From: Candidatus Termititenax sp.
GTDB lineage: Bacteria; Margulisbacteria; Riflemargulisbacteria; GWF2-35-9; DYQY01
Reading direction: 5' to 3'
DNA: 64,000 bases
Assembly (NCBI GenBank): GCA_020719045.1
Contig: DYQY01000004.1
Span: 268 to 64,267, forward strand
Below the pieces are notes generated by a model. That model saw only the letters and a program-made list of their open reading frames with translations. It was not told the origin of the DNA and did no database searches. Of this stretch, positions 13,396 to 23,783 are shown piece by piece (the stretch's first letter is position 1; each line of letters opens with the position of its first letter). The position numbers and the translations under genes are program-made.

Positions 13396-15132
13396 ATGGG
13401 TAAAATTAGGCTACTTGATGAAAATACAATCAACAAAATAGCCGCCGGTGAAGTAGTAAACAGGCCAGCTTCTGTAGTTAAAGAACTAGTAGAAAACTCC
13501 ATAGACGCTGGTGCTACAAATATTCGAATTGAAATACAAAACGGCGGGAAATCTCTCATCAAGATTACAGATAATGGCTCTGGCATGGATAAAGAAGATG
13601 CCAAGATGTCTCTTGTAAGACACGCTACTTCTAAATTATCCTCCGTAGAAGACCTGTTATTTTTAGACACCATGGGATTTCGTGGAGAAGCTATCCCAAG
13701 TATTGCTTCTGTTTCTAGATTTACAATTCAAACAAACACGTCAGATACTGAAAAAGGAACAGAGCTAATTACAGAGTCAGGCAAAATCATCTCTGAGACA
13801 TCTGTTCATCTACCCAAAGGGACTACTATAATCGCCAAAGACCTATTTTTCAATATACCTGCAAGACAAAAGTACTTAAAATCCGAAAACACAGAATTTG
13901 GACACATGCTAAAGATTACACAAGGTCTTGCAATAGTTCATCCAGAAATCGCATTTACTCTGCTTCATGATAATAAAAAAATATTCTCTACCACTGGCAA
14001 CAATCAAATAGAAGAAGTTATTTCTGATATTCATTCCTTTAAGGTATTTAAAAACATGATTGAGATTAACTATGCAGACTTAGGCATTAAAATTAACGGA
14101 TTTATCTCAACACCTCAAGAAACTAGAGCAAATAAAGAAAAGCAACTTTTTGTGGTGAATAAGCGTCTTGTAAACAACAATACTTTTCATGCTGCGGTTA
14201 CTCAATCAACAAAATTTATTTTTCCTGCAAATATGCACCCATACTTATATTTAAATATTGAAACAGACCCTTCAGAAATAGATGTTAATGTCCATCCTTC
14301 TAAAACTGAGGTTAAACTCTATAAAGAAACCTTTATTTTTGATTCAATATTTAAAGCAATAAAAAAAACTTTTGAAACAAGACAAAGTACTTCAATTAAT
14401 AATCATGATTCTATTAATGTGGCAGAAACAATTGATTACCATAAACCAGCTGTTTCTTTTCAAAATAAGATTACATATAAACCAAACGAGCTATTTGAAA
14501 GTAAACAACAGGTTGCAGCATATAAAGAGATTATACAGACACCAATAAAAGCTTCATCAGTAGTTCAAAATAATGATTTAGTACAAAATATTTTCCAATT
14601 TAATAATATGTACTTAGTTTTTTACTTTGAAGACAAACTAAGAATTATAGACCAACACGCAGCTCATGAAAGAATCCTTTTTGAGAAGCTAAAAAATCAA
14701 TCAATTAATAGAAACAGCCAAGAACTTCTGTTTCCTGAAAACATTTTTTTAGATAAGCAAGATGTTCTTATCTACGAAGAAATTATGAATATTCTCAGTA
14801 ACTTAGGCTATGTTATAGATAATTTTGGTGATGATAGTTTGATTCTAAGATCAGTACCAACAGACTTACCAGCAAAAACAGACCATAAAGAGCTTATTAA
14901 GGAAATTATTTCAGACAACAAAAAAGACGGCAAGGATAAAATTACTAAAACTTATACGACTATTGCTTGTAAGGCAGCAATTAAAGCTGGTGATACACTT
15001 CAAGAAAGAGAAAAAATAGCCTTAGTAAATGATTGGATAAACTGCAATAATAACCTTAGTTGCCCTCACGGAAGACCGATAGAGAAGAGCTTTGATGAAA
15101 AAGAAATTGATAAATGGTTCCATAGAGGTTAA
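13396..15132 (+). CDS. mutL: DNA mismatch repair endonuclease MutL
   Basis: IAAGEVV.RPASVVKELVENSIDAG, GFRGEA, DQHAAHER, CPHGRP. Confidence 0.96.
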   Translation: MGKIRLLDENTINKIAAGEVVNRPASVVKELVENSIDAGATNIRIEIQNGGKSLIKITDNGSGMDKEDAKMSLVRHATSKLSSVEDLLFLDTMGFRGEAIPSIASVSRFTIQTNTSDTEKGTELITESGKIISETSVHLPKGTTIIAKDLFFNIPARQKYLKSENTEFGHMLKITQGLAIVHPEIAFTLLHDNKKIFSTTGNNQIEEVISDIHSFKVFKNMIEINYADLGIKINGFISTPQETRANKEKQLFVVNKRLVNNNTFHAAVTQSTKFIFPANMHPYLYLNIETDPSEIDVNVHPSKTEVKLYKETFIFDSIFKAIKKTFETRQSTSINNHDSINVAETIDYHKPAVSFQNKITYKPNELFESKQQVAAYKEIIQTPIKASSVVQNNDLVQNIFQFNNMYLVFYFEDKLRIIDQHAAHERILFEKLKNQSINRNSQELLFPENIFLDKQDVLIYEEIMNILSNLGYVIDNFGDDSLILRSVPTDLPAKTDHKELIKEIISDNKKDGKDKITKTYTTIACKAAIKAGDTLQEREKIALVNDWINCNNNLSCPHGRPIEKSFDEKEIDKWFHRG

Positions 15133-15166
15133 AATCTTTCCGATGTTACTAAGGAGTAAATTATAA

Positions 15167-17383
15167 ATGGTTAAAAATCTTGTAATAGTTGAGTCACCAG
15201 CAAAAGCTAAAACAATCACAAAATATTTGGGCAAAGACTATATTGTCAAAGCATCAATGGGTCATGTAATTGATTTACCAACCAAAGAACTTGGAGTAGA
15301 TATTGAAAATAACTTTACTCCTACTTATCAGGTCTCTAAAGAGAAGAAAAAAGTAGTTACTGAACTTAAAGAGTTAGCAAAAAATGCTGAAAAGATTTGG
15401 CTAGCAACCGACGAAGATAGAGAAGGGGAAGCTATTTCATGGCACATTCAAACTGCGCTTAAAATTAAAGATGAAGACTATCAACGAATCGTTTTTCACG
15501 AGATTACTAAGACAGCTATCCTTAAAGCCATTGATAATCCAAGGAAAATTGACCTAAACCTAGTAAATGCTCAGCAAGCAAGAAGAGTTATCGACAGATT
15601 AGTAGGATACAAGCTATCACCTTTATTATGGAAAAAGATTAGAAAAGGTCTAAGTGCAGGGCGTGTTCAATCCGTTGCTGTTAGATTTGTTGTGGAAAGA
15701 GAAGAAGAAATCCAAAAATTTAGCTCTAAAGAACAATGGAAAGTTAAAGGAATAGGGGAGCATTCAAAAAAGAACATCCCTATTACACTCAGTACTATTA
15801 ACAATAAAAAAGCTGAAATAACTGATTTAGATCAAGTTAAATCTATTATTTCAGAAGCGTTCAATAACCCTCAGATACAAGAAAAAGTTAATGAGAAAAC
15901 CAATAATAAAGAAATAGAAATAACAATACCAAAAGACTATTTACTTAAAGTTTTAGATGTTAAGAAAACAATTAGTAAAAGAAGTCCATCAGTTCCATTT
16001 ACAACTTCAACACTTCAACAAGAAGCACATAGAAAGTTTGGACTACCTGTTGCTATCACGATGAAACTAGCACAACAGCTATATGAAGGTATTGACATGG
16101 ATAACGATAGAATAGCTTTAATAACCTATATGAGAACAGATTCATTAAACATCTCTAAAGAATCTCTTGATCAGATTAGTGGCTACATTAGAAAGAATAT
16201 GGGTGATGATTACGCCTTATCAAAACACAGAGAATTTAAAACTAAATCAAAAGGCGCACAAGAAGCTCACGAAGCAATAAGACCTATTAATATTGAGCTA
16301 ACACCAGATTCATTAGCAGATAAACTTGATCCTCAGCTCCTTAAGCTGTATACGCTTATCTGGAAACGAACAGTTGCAACACAGATGCCAGAAGCTATAA
16401 TCGAGAATACTGTTATTAGTCTTTCACCTGAGAACAACAATAAATATGGTTTTGAAACTATTGGTAAAATAATTAAGTTTGATGGTTTTATGAAGCTATA
16501 TATTGAAGATACAGACGAAGAGACTGAGGAAGATGATGATAGCATACTTCCAGATATTAAAGTAAATGATATGGTACCTATAAAATCTATGGATGCGCTA
16601 CAATCGTTTACTAAGCCTCCAGCCAGATACACAGAAGCATCACTTGTTAAAAAGCTAGAAAGCGAAGGAATAGGCCGTCCATCAACTTATGCACCAACAA
16701 TATCAACGATTATTACAAGAGGATATATTGAAAAAGAAAAAAAATACCTTTTGCCAACTGAAATAGCCTTTACTGTAACTAACTTTTTAAAAGAATACTT
16801 TCAAGAAATTATTAGTTATCAATTTACAGCTAATATTGAAGAATCTTTTGACGATATTGCAATTGGTAAAACCGAATGGGTCTCAATGATTAAAGATTTC
16901 TATCTTCCATTTGAAAAACAATTAGATCATACCTATAAGACTGCAAAAAAGCATGTAGAAGAAACAGATAAAATCTGTCCAGAGTGCTCTAATCCACTGG
17001 TTATTAGAATAAGTAAATATGGAAAATTTCTTTCTTGCTCTAACTTTCCGGAATGTAAGTATACAGAACCTATCGAAGGCGAACAAGCACCTGAGATTCC
17101 AAAGGACGAAAACGAAAAAGTTTCTGAGGAAAAGTGCCCTAAATGTGGCAAAAACATGGTATACAAAAAAGGAAGATTTGGAGAATTCTTAGCTTGTTCT
17201 GATTATCCAGCTTGTAAATCAACAAAATCTGAAAAAAAAATAATCAGAGAAAAAGGTTGTCCAGATTGTAAAGGCGATATAGTTGAAAAGAAAACTAAAA
17301 AAGGTAAAATATTTTACGGCTGTGATTGTTTTCCGAAATGCAAATATGCTGTATGGAACTTAGAGGACCTAGATAAAAAATGA
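15167..17383 (+). CDS. topA: DNA topoisomerase I with C-terminal Zn ribbons
   Basis: LVIVESPAKAKTI, ATDEDREGE, SAGRVQS, ITYMRTD, GIGRPSTYA, and three C4 repeats. Confidence 0.97.
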   Translation: MVKNLVIVESPAKAKTITKYLGKDYIVKASMGHVIDLPTKELGVDIENNFTPTYQVSKEKKKVVTELKELAKNAEKIWLATDEDREGEAISWHIQTALKIKDEDYQRIVFHEITKTAILKAIDNPRKIDLNLVNAQQARRVIDRLVGYKLSPLLWKKIRKGLSAGRVQSVAVRFVVEREEEIQKFSSKEQWKVKGIGEHSKKNIPITLSTINNKKAEITDLDQVKSIISEAFNNPQIQEKVNEKTNNKEIEITIPKDYLLKVLDVKKTISKRSPSVPFTTSTLQQEAHRKFGLPVAITMKLAQQLYEGIDMDNDRIALITYMRTDSLNISKESLDQISGYIRKNMGDDYALSKHREFKTKSKGAQEAHEAIRPINIELTPDSLADKLDPQLLKLYTLIWKRTVATQMPEAIIENTVISLSPENNNKYGFETIGKIIKFDGFMKLYIEDTDEETEEDDDSILPDIKVNDMVPIKSMDALQSFTKPPARYTEASLVKKLESEGIGRPSTYAPTISTIITRGYIEKEKKYLLPTEIAFTVTNFLKEYFQEIISYQFTANIEESFDDIAIGKTEWVSMIKDFYLPFEKQLDHTYKTAKKHVEETDKICPECSNPLVIRISKYGKFLSCSNFPECKYTEPIEGEQAPEIPKDENEKVSEEKCPKCGKNMVYKKGRFGEFLACSDYPACKSTKSEKKIIREKGCPDCKGDIVEKKTKKGKIFYGCDCFPKCKYAVWNLEDLDKK

Positions 17384-17487
17384 ACTTCTTAAAAAAAGTT
17401 AAATTTCTCATAACCAACAACATTAAACTTAAAATATTTGCTATTATTCTTGCTATCCTACTTTGGATAGTAGCTAGGACAAACTAG
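17380..17487 (+). CDS. 35-aa single-TM micro-protein resembling the CdaR/YbbR N-terminal anchor (not in the ORF track)
   Basis: MNFLKKVKFLITNNIKLKIFAIILAILLWIVARTN*. The ATG overlaps the topA stop (ATGA), GAGG lies upstream, and the ORF fills the topA-panC gap. Confidence 0.65.
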   Translation: MNFLKKVKFLITNNIKLKIFAIILAILLWIVARTN

Positions 17488-17491
17488 CCCA

Positions 17492-18343
17492 ATGATTATA
17501 ATCAAGAGTACTCTTGATTACCTAAATACCTATAACAAGCAATTAAACAGCAAAAAAATAGGCTTTGTGCCTACAATGGGATATCTTCACGAAGGTCATC
17601 TTAGCTTAGTTAAAGAATCTATCAAGAATAATGAAGTTACTATTGTAAGTATCTTTGTTAATCCAACTCAATTTGGAAAAGGTGAAGACTTTAATTCATA
17701 CCCAAGAAATACCGAACGTGACCTTGCTTTACTTAAAGAAACAGGAACAGATATAGTGTTTATTCCAGAAGTAGAAGACATTTACCCTAACAACCACAAA
17801 TCACTAGTAGAAATTGGCATTGATTCAGATTTCACAAACAAGCTTTGTGGTAAATATAGACCAGGTCACTTTAATGGAGTTGCTCAGATAATAATTAAAC
17901 TATTCTCCATCGTAAAAGCAAATAATACCTATTTTGGTCTTAAGGATTACCAGCAGTACATTCTTATTAAGAATCTAGCATCTACATTTTTCCCATATAC
18001 CAAGGTAATAGGAGTCCCAACAATTAGAGAGAACAGTGGTCTTGCAATGAGCTCTAGAAACACCTACTTAACTGAAGATGAACAATTACTAGCTTCTTCT
18101 ATATATAAGAACCTAATAATGATAAGCAATATCATCAAGGAAAATGTTACGATTAATCATTTATCACTAGCAAAACTCTTTAACGACACACTTCTTAAAA
18201 AATCATCACTTTTTACTCCACAGTATTTAGAGGTTTACGATACTAATCTAAACCAAATTAACACCTATATCCAGAACCAAACATTCATAGGAACTGCAGT
18301 ATATTTAAATAAAGTAAGACTAATTGATAATATAACTTTTTAA
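17492..18343 (+). CDS. panC: Pantoate-beta-alanine ligase
   Basis: GFVPTMGYLHEGHLSL, SIFVNPTQF, RPGHFNGV, FG.KDYQQ, GLAMSSRN, RLIDN. Confidence 0.96.
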   Translation: MIIIKSTLDYLNTYNKQLNSKKIGFVPTMGYLHEGHLSLVKESIKNNEVTIVSIFVNPTQFGKGEDFNSYPRNTERDLALLKETGTDIVFIPEVEDIYPNNHKSLVEIGIDSDFTNKLCGKYRPGHFNGVAQIIIKLFSIVKANNTYFGLKDYQQYILIKNLASTFFPYTKVIGVPTIRENSGLAMSSRNTYLTEDEQLLASSIYKNLIMISNIIKENVTINHLSLAKLFNDTLLKKSSLFTPQYLEVYDTNLNQINTYIQNQTFIGTAVYLNKVRLIDNITF

Positions 18344-19596
18344 TGAAAATATACGACCTAGTTATTATCGGAGGTGGGGCAGCAGGCATGATGGCCTCTA
18401 TTGCAGCTAAGACCTTTCACCCATCTGCCAAGGTAGTTATCCTTGAAAAAAACGATGCTTGTGGTAAAAAGCTGTTAATTACAGGCAAAGGAAGATGCAA
18501 CATAACGACATCCAACACTAATATTCAAGAATTTATCGAGATTATAGGAAGAAACGGTCGATGGCTCAGAGATGCACTAAATATTCTGCCAATAGACAAA
18601 ACCCTTGAATTCTTTACTTCTATTGGCGTTGCGATACAAGAAGAAAGAGGTAACAGAATATTCCCTGACTCAGAAAACGCCTCATATGTAAGAGATAAAA
18701 TAGTAAAAAAAATATCAGACCTTGGAATCGAGGTTGCGTATCAATCAAATGTAGCCGAAATACAGTATATTTGCGGTACCTTTGAGGTAAACACTAAAAA
18801 TAACAAGCATTACCATAGCGCTAATCTAATTATTGCTACCGGTGGATTATCCTATCCAAGCACAGGATCAACTGGTGATGGCTACGTCTTTGCAGAAAAA
18901 CTAGGGCACACAATCATAAAACCTATCCCATCTCTTGTTGGATTAAAGAGCAAAGATAATTGGCCGAAGAAATTAGCAGGACTGACACTAAAGAATGTAA
19001 AAATAGAGGTATATCAAAATAATAAAAAGCATTATGAGAAATTCGGAGATGCACTCTTTACGCATATCGGAATAAGCGGACCTATCATACTTGATTCAAG
19101 TAAGCATATTCATCACCTAATGAATTCATGTTTAGAAACAGTGTATCTTCACATGGATTTAAAACCAGCAGTAACTCATGAACAATTAGACCTAAGGCTT
19201 CAACGAATATGCCAGGAAGAAGGAAAGAAAAACCTTAAAGGCCTTATAACTCAACTGCTTCCAGGTAAGCTAGTGGATATATTCATAGAAATTAATCACC
19301 TAAGTAGTGATAAAAAATTATCTGAAATCAAGAAAGAGGAACGATTAAGGATAATTAATTCTCTAAAGAAACTAATCATCACCCTAAGTGACGTTGAGGG
19401 TTTTGATAGGGCAATCATAACCGCCGGAGGAATTACCTTAAAAGACGTTAATCCACAAAACATGCAATCAAAGAAAATAGAGAATCTATATTTTGCTGGC
19501 GAAGTCTTAGACTTAGATGGACCAACAGGTGGATTTAACTTACAAATTGCCTGGTCAACAGGATATTTAGCTGGAAAAAGTATTACCTGTAGTTAG
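18343..19596 (+). CDS. HI0933/YhiN-family flavoprotein
   Basis: GGGAAG, GKKLLITGKGRCN.T, ATGG.SYP.TGSTGDG, GGFNLQ.AWSTG. Confidence 0.92.
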   Translation: MKIYDLVIIGGGAAGMMASIAAKTFHPSAKVVILEKNDACGKKLLITGKGRCNITTSNTNIQEFIEIIGRNGRWLRDALNILPIDKTLEFFTSIGVAIQEERGNRIFPDSENASYVRDKIVKKISDLGIEVAYQSNVAEIQYICGTFEVNTKNNKHYHSANLIIATGGLSYPSTGSTGDGYVFAEKLGHTIIKPIPSLVGLKSKDNWPKKLAGLTLKNVKIEVYQNNKKHYEKFGDALFTHIGISGPIILDSSKHIHHLMNSCLETVYLHMDLKPAVTHEQLDLRLQRICQEEGKKNLKGLITQLLPGKLVDIFIEINHLSSDKKLSEIKKEERLRIINSLKKLIITLSDVEGFDRAIITAGGITLKDVNPQNMQSKKIENLYFAGEVLDLDGPTGGFNLQIAWSTGYLAGKSITCS

Positions 19597-20074
19597 TAAA
19601 CTGTAGAACAACTCCAAAATCTTCATTTTTTAGAGATTGAATGACTTCTTGAAGCTCATCCTTCTTAGCAGCTGTAACTTTCAATTTATCGCCATTAATT
19701 TGAGACTTTACCTTAAACTTAGCATCTCGAATAAACTTACTAATTTCTTTTGATTTTTCAGTAGGTAGACCTTGCTTAATAAGAATAGTCTGCTTAACTT
19801 TTCCACCCAAAGACTCTACTATTCCTTGAGGATCTAAAAATTTAATATGAATTTCTCTTTTAATCATCTTGTTTTCTAAGATATCTACTAAATTCTTCAT
19901 TCTTGTTTCATCATCAGAAGAAAGTTCAAGTGTTGTATCTTTTCTTACAATGTCTGAACTACTGCCTTTAAAGTCAAAACGAGTAGCAACTTCTTTCATA
20001 GCCATATTAATAGCATTATCCATTTCGCTTAAATCGACTTCAGAAACAATATCAAATGAAGAATCTTTACTCAT
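19583..20074 (-). CDS. yajQ: YajQ-family nucleotide-binding protein
   Basis: SFDIVSEVD, RFDFKGS, KKDELQ.VI, LQFTNYR. Confidence 0.95.
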   Translation of the reverse strand: MSKDSSFDIVSEVDLSEMDNAINMAMKEVATRFDFKGSSSDIVRKDTTLELSSDDETRMKNLVDILENKMIKREIHIKFLDPQGIVESLGGKVKQTILIKQGLPTEKSKEISKFIRDAKFKVKSQINGDKLKVTAAKKDELQEVIQSLKNEDFGVVLQFTNYR

Positions 20075-20165
20075 GCTTACTATTATAATAAGTGATTATA
20101 AAATTGCAATGCGCTATTCTTAGTGATTTTACAAATTACTGTATACATAATACAATTCGATAGCT

Positions 20166-21761
20166 ATGACAAAACTAGAAGAAGAAATTAAACGCAGAAG
20201 AACTTTTGCGATTATCAGCCACCCAGATGCTGGTAAAACTACAATTACAGAAAAACTTCTACTGTTTGGTGGAGCTATTCAACAGGCAGGGGCAGTAAAA
20301 GCAAAAAAAACTGCCAAATATACAACATCTGACTGGATGGAGCTTGAAAAGGAAAGAGGAGTATCTGTTTCAACCTCTGTTATGTGTTTTGAATATAATA
20401 ACCACATTATCAATCTACTTGATACTCCAGGACATGCAGACTTTAGTGAAGACACATATAGAACATTATCAGCAGTTGACTCTGTTTTAATGATGATTGA
20501 CTCTGTAAAAGGAGTTGAATCCAGAACTAGAAAGCTAATGGAAGTTTGTAAACAAAGAGATATTCCGGTTATCACCTTTATCAATAAACTTGACAGAGAA
20601 GGAATGAACCCATTTGACCTAATTGACAACATTGAAAAAGAACTTGATATACAAGCAACTCCTATGACTTGGCCAATAAGTATGGGCAAAACATTTAAGG
20701 GCATATACAACATTTATAATAAGCAATATTTGAGATTCAACACAACCGACAAATCCTTTACACCTATTGATGTAAACAACATTAACTCACCAGAATTCAT
20801 TAATTTAATAAGCGAAAATGATCATAAAAAACTTATAGAAGATTTGGACATGATTAATGGTGCAGTAGACAAGTTCTATTATCCACTATACAAAGATGGA
20901 CTTCAAACTCCTGTATACTTTGGTAGTGCCATTAATAATTTTGGAGTATTAGATTTACTTGATGCAATGATTAAGATTGCACCAGAGCCACAACCAGCTC
21001 CAGCAATCGAGAGAATTGTTGCTCCAGATGAAAACAAAGTAACAGGGTTGGTATTTAAAATACATGCCAACATGGACCCTAAACATAGAGACAGAATAGC
21101 CTTCATGCGAATTAACTCAGGAGTGTTTACACGAGGAATGAAGCTGTTTAGCCATAGGTTAAACAGAGAAATAAAAATAGCAAATCCGCTTACTTTTATG
21201 GCTCAAGACAGAAGCATTACCGAGGAGGCCTACCCAGGCGATATTGTTGGTATACACGATACAGGACTTATTAAAATTGGCGACTCGTTTACCGAGGGAG
21301 AACTACTAAACTTCACGGGTATACCAAACTTTTCCCCTGAACTATTTAAAAAAGTAATTGTTAAAAATGCACTTAAAAGCAAGCAACTTACAAAAGGGCT
21401 AAATCAGTTATTGGAAGAGGGCGCCATTCAGCTTTTTAAACAAGTGTTAGATAATCAGCTCGTTTTAGGAGCAGTTGGTGAGCTCCAATTTGATGTTGTA
21501 AAGTTTAGACTGCAAAACGAATATGGCGCAGATTGTAACTATCTACCGTATAGCATTGCTTTTGCCTATTGGATAAAAGCAGATGAACAAGCCACAATTG
21601 ATAAATTTATCTATGAAAATAAACAATATTTAGCAATGGATCATATGGATAACCCTGTTTACTTCTTTAGAGGTAACTGGGAAGTAGAGCACTTGAAAGA
21701 ACTTTATCCAAAAATCAATTTTTATAAAACATCTGAATGCAAAGAAAAAGATAGAATTTAA
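20166..21761 (+). CDS. prfC: Peptide chain release factor 3
   Basis: RRTFAIISHPDAGKTT, DTPGHADFSEDTYR, NMDP.HRDRIAF. Confidence 0.97.
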   Translation: MTKLEEEIKRRRTFAIISHPDAGKTTITEKLLLFGGAIQQAGAVKAKKTAKYTTSDWMELEKERGVSVSTSVMCFEYNNHIINLLDTPGHADFSEDTYRTLSAVDSVLMMIDSVKGVESRTRKLMEVCKQRDIPVITFINKLDREGMNPFDLIDNIEKELDIQATPMTWPISMGKTFKGIYNIYNKQYLRFNTTDKSFTPIDVNNINSPEFINLISENDHKKLIEDLDMINGAVDKFYYPLYKDGLQTPVYFGSAINNFGVLDLLDAMIKIAPEPQPAPAIERIVAPDENKVTGLVFKIHANMDPKHRDRIAFMRINSGVFTRGMKLFSHRLNREIKIANPLTFMAQDRSITEEAYPGDIVGIHDTGLIKIGDSFTEGELLNFTGIPNFSPELFKKVIVKNALKSKQLTKGLNQLLEEGAIQLFKQVLDNQLVLGAVGELQFDVVKFRLQNEYGADCNYLPYSIAFAYWIKADEQATIDKFIYENKQYLAMDHMDNPVYFFRGNWEVEHLKELYPKINFYKTSECKEKDRI

Positions 21762-21799
21762 TTTTGACTTTAATAAGAATCTAACTATATTATATAAAC

Positions 21800-22273
21800 A
21801 TGCAAATAATTGATTTCAAAGAACTCATCTCATTTATTGAAAACTCGCCAGAAAAAAGTATTCCAAAATCTGTATTAATTACAGAAATTAATAACATGAA
21901 AAGGGATGCGGAGAGTCATGTTCATAAAGCTGGTAAAAGAATCAATATTGCAATAATTGCAACCATTCTTTACATTATTACAAAACTATCATTTATTCTT
22001 TTTGGATATTTTCTTAACTCTAAACCTGTTCTTCTTAATTTGTATATTATTGATGTAATAGTTCCCTCACTACTATGTATAGGACTTATATACAAAAACA
22101 AACATGCATCCTTAGCAATACTAATTTACTTTTTAATATCAAGTTATTTACATTTAGATGTGCAAGGAATAAACATTTTTAGATTCATAATTCTCTTTGT
22201 ATACTCATACGTATACATTCAATCTTATATAGCGACAATTGCTTACCAAAAACATAAAATTCTTGGAAACTAA
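21800..22273 (+). CDS. Hypothetical membrane protein (about 4 TM)
   Basis: 157-aa ORF with hydrophobic segments. No motif recognised. Confidence 0.6.
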   Translation: MQIIDFKELISFIENSPEKSIPKSVLITEINNMKRDAESHVHKAGKRINIAIIATILYIITKLSFILFGYFLNSKPVLLNLYIIDVIVPSLLCIGLIYKNKHASLAILIYFLISSYLHLDVQGINIFRFIILFVYSYVYIQSYIATIAYQKHKILGN

Positions 22274-23238
22274 ACTCTTCCTACAGAACCACCGATTAAT
22301 AATGAGCTAGGTATTTTTATATATTGTTGATTACCAAGCAAGTCTAGATATCTATCTTTTAATAGTTCCAAAGACTTCCTACCTAGTAGTTGCGTATCAC
22401 CAAAGGCAGTAGTTAGCTTTGGAGTTGGAACAGTCACAAAATTTGGAAATCTTACTGAGTCAAATCCAGTGATTGAAATATCAGCCGGTATATTCAAATT
22501 ATACCTTTCAGCAAACTTATAAAAATAGTATGCCAACAAATCATTACCACAAATAACCGCAGAAATATGCGGAGAATGAGACATTATTTGATTTACTACA
22601 ATCTCAACAGTGTCATAGTTATCACAATTTGCTACGTATACCATATCATCTTTAAAGTAAGGATTATTTCTAATTATTCCTCGCAAAAATTCAGTATTCA
22701 TATATTCATTGGGATGATCACCTAACAAGACAGCAATGTTCTTGTGTCCACAACTAACTAAATAATTTGCTAACATTCCTGAAACTTCTTCTCTTTCAAT
22801 GTATACAGAGGTTACAGGAATATCTTCGCTTGGTGGAGCTCCGCAAGAAACTAATGGAACTCGATACTTAATTAACTTTTCATAATACTCATCAGGCTGT
22901 TTGCCTAATAATATAAAACCTTGCAAATTGTGTATACTGTAATAGTCCATATCTAAATTCGTAACAAATCTAGCTTGCAATCCAGAGTCAGATGCAGATG
23001 ACATTATCCCTTGTACCACCTCACCATAATATTCATTTGAAAACACATGAGACATATCAGATACGAGTATTCCAAAATTCTGGATTTTATTGGTAAGTTT
23101 AGAGTAACCTTCTTTTTGAATAATTGTATATATCTTGGATCTAACATTTTCAGAAATTTTATATGGTTTATTTAAAGCTAAGGAAACAGTACTTTCAGAC
23201 ACATCGCACATATTTGCAATCTCTTTTAGAGTTCTCAT
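22270..23238 (-). CDS. LacI-family transcriptional regulator
   Basis: N-terminal HTH TLKEIA..CDVSESTVSLALN. C-terminal periplasmic-binding fold with NDLLA, DISITGFD and LTT. Confidence 0.9.
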   Translation of the reverse strand: MRTLKEIANMCDVSESTVSLALNKPYKISENVRSKIYTIIQKEGYSKLTNKIQNFGILVSDMSHVFSNEYYGEVVQGIMSSASDSGLQARFVTNLDMDYYSIHNLQGFILLGKQPDEYYEKLIKYRVPLVSCGAPPSEDIPVTSVYIEREEVSGMLANYLVSCGHKNIAVLLGDHPNEYMNTEFLRGIIRNNPYFKDDMVYVANCDNYDTVEIVVNQIMSHSPHISAVICGNDLLAYYFYKFAERYNLNIPADISITGFDSVRFPNFVTVPTPKLTTAFGDTQLLGRKSLELLKDRYLDLLGNQQYIKIPSSLLIGGSVGRV

Positions 23239-23268
23239 AGGTTCTCCTTAGTATTATTTATATTAATA

Positions 23269-23295
23269 TATCGTAAACAACTCCTGTCTATCCCA
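23269..23295 (-). promoter_or_regulatory. Candidate alternative-sigma promoter TGGGAT-N16-CGATA
   Basis: Minus strand reads TGGGAT agacaggagttgttta CGATA, ending 31 nt before the LacI start. Confidence 0.6.
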
Positions 23296-23391
23296 GCTAT
23301 TTTAAAAAACAATTCAATTTTTGAATAAACTTGAATGATATAATTGAACAAATACGGGAAAAATATTATATAATAAAATAAAGGTGGAAAA

Positions 23392-23715
23392 ATGGAAAAC
23401 GTACTAATTAATAAACTAGACCAACACACAACAGTTCTTCCATATAAATATGCTAAATTAATTGAGCCATTTAATCAATTTATGTTTTTTGATGAAAACT
23501 TACAAAAAATATTAGCTAAATCCATGCTACTTGAAGATAAGAAGCATAGAATTAATATTGCATTAAATATGGCACCAAAAAAAACACTTAGTAATAATAA
23601 AATAAGCTTTAAAATTATAGAATCACCAATTATTAATAGTGATGTCAACGTAAATATATCATTAAACGATGAAAGCTCTCTGAAATTTTATATTGAAGAG
23701 GGAATCAGCGTATAA
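23392..23715 (+). CDS. Hypothetical protein divergent from the LacI gene
   Basis: 107-aa ORF with AAGGTGG SD. Confidence 0.55.
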   Translation: MENVLINKLDQHTTVLPYKYAKLIEPFNQFMFFDENLQKILAKSMLLEDKKHRINIALNMAPKKTLSNNKISFKIIESPIINSDVNVNISLNDESSLKFYIEEGISV

Positions 23716-23783
23716 CAAAAACCTTTAACCAATAATCATACCGTTATATGATATTAATATTCAAAACTTTGAAAGGATTACAC

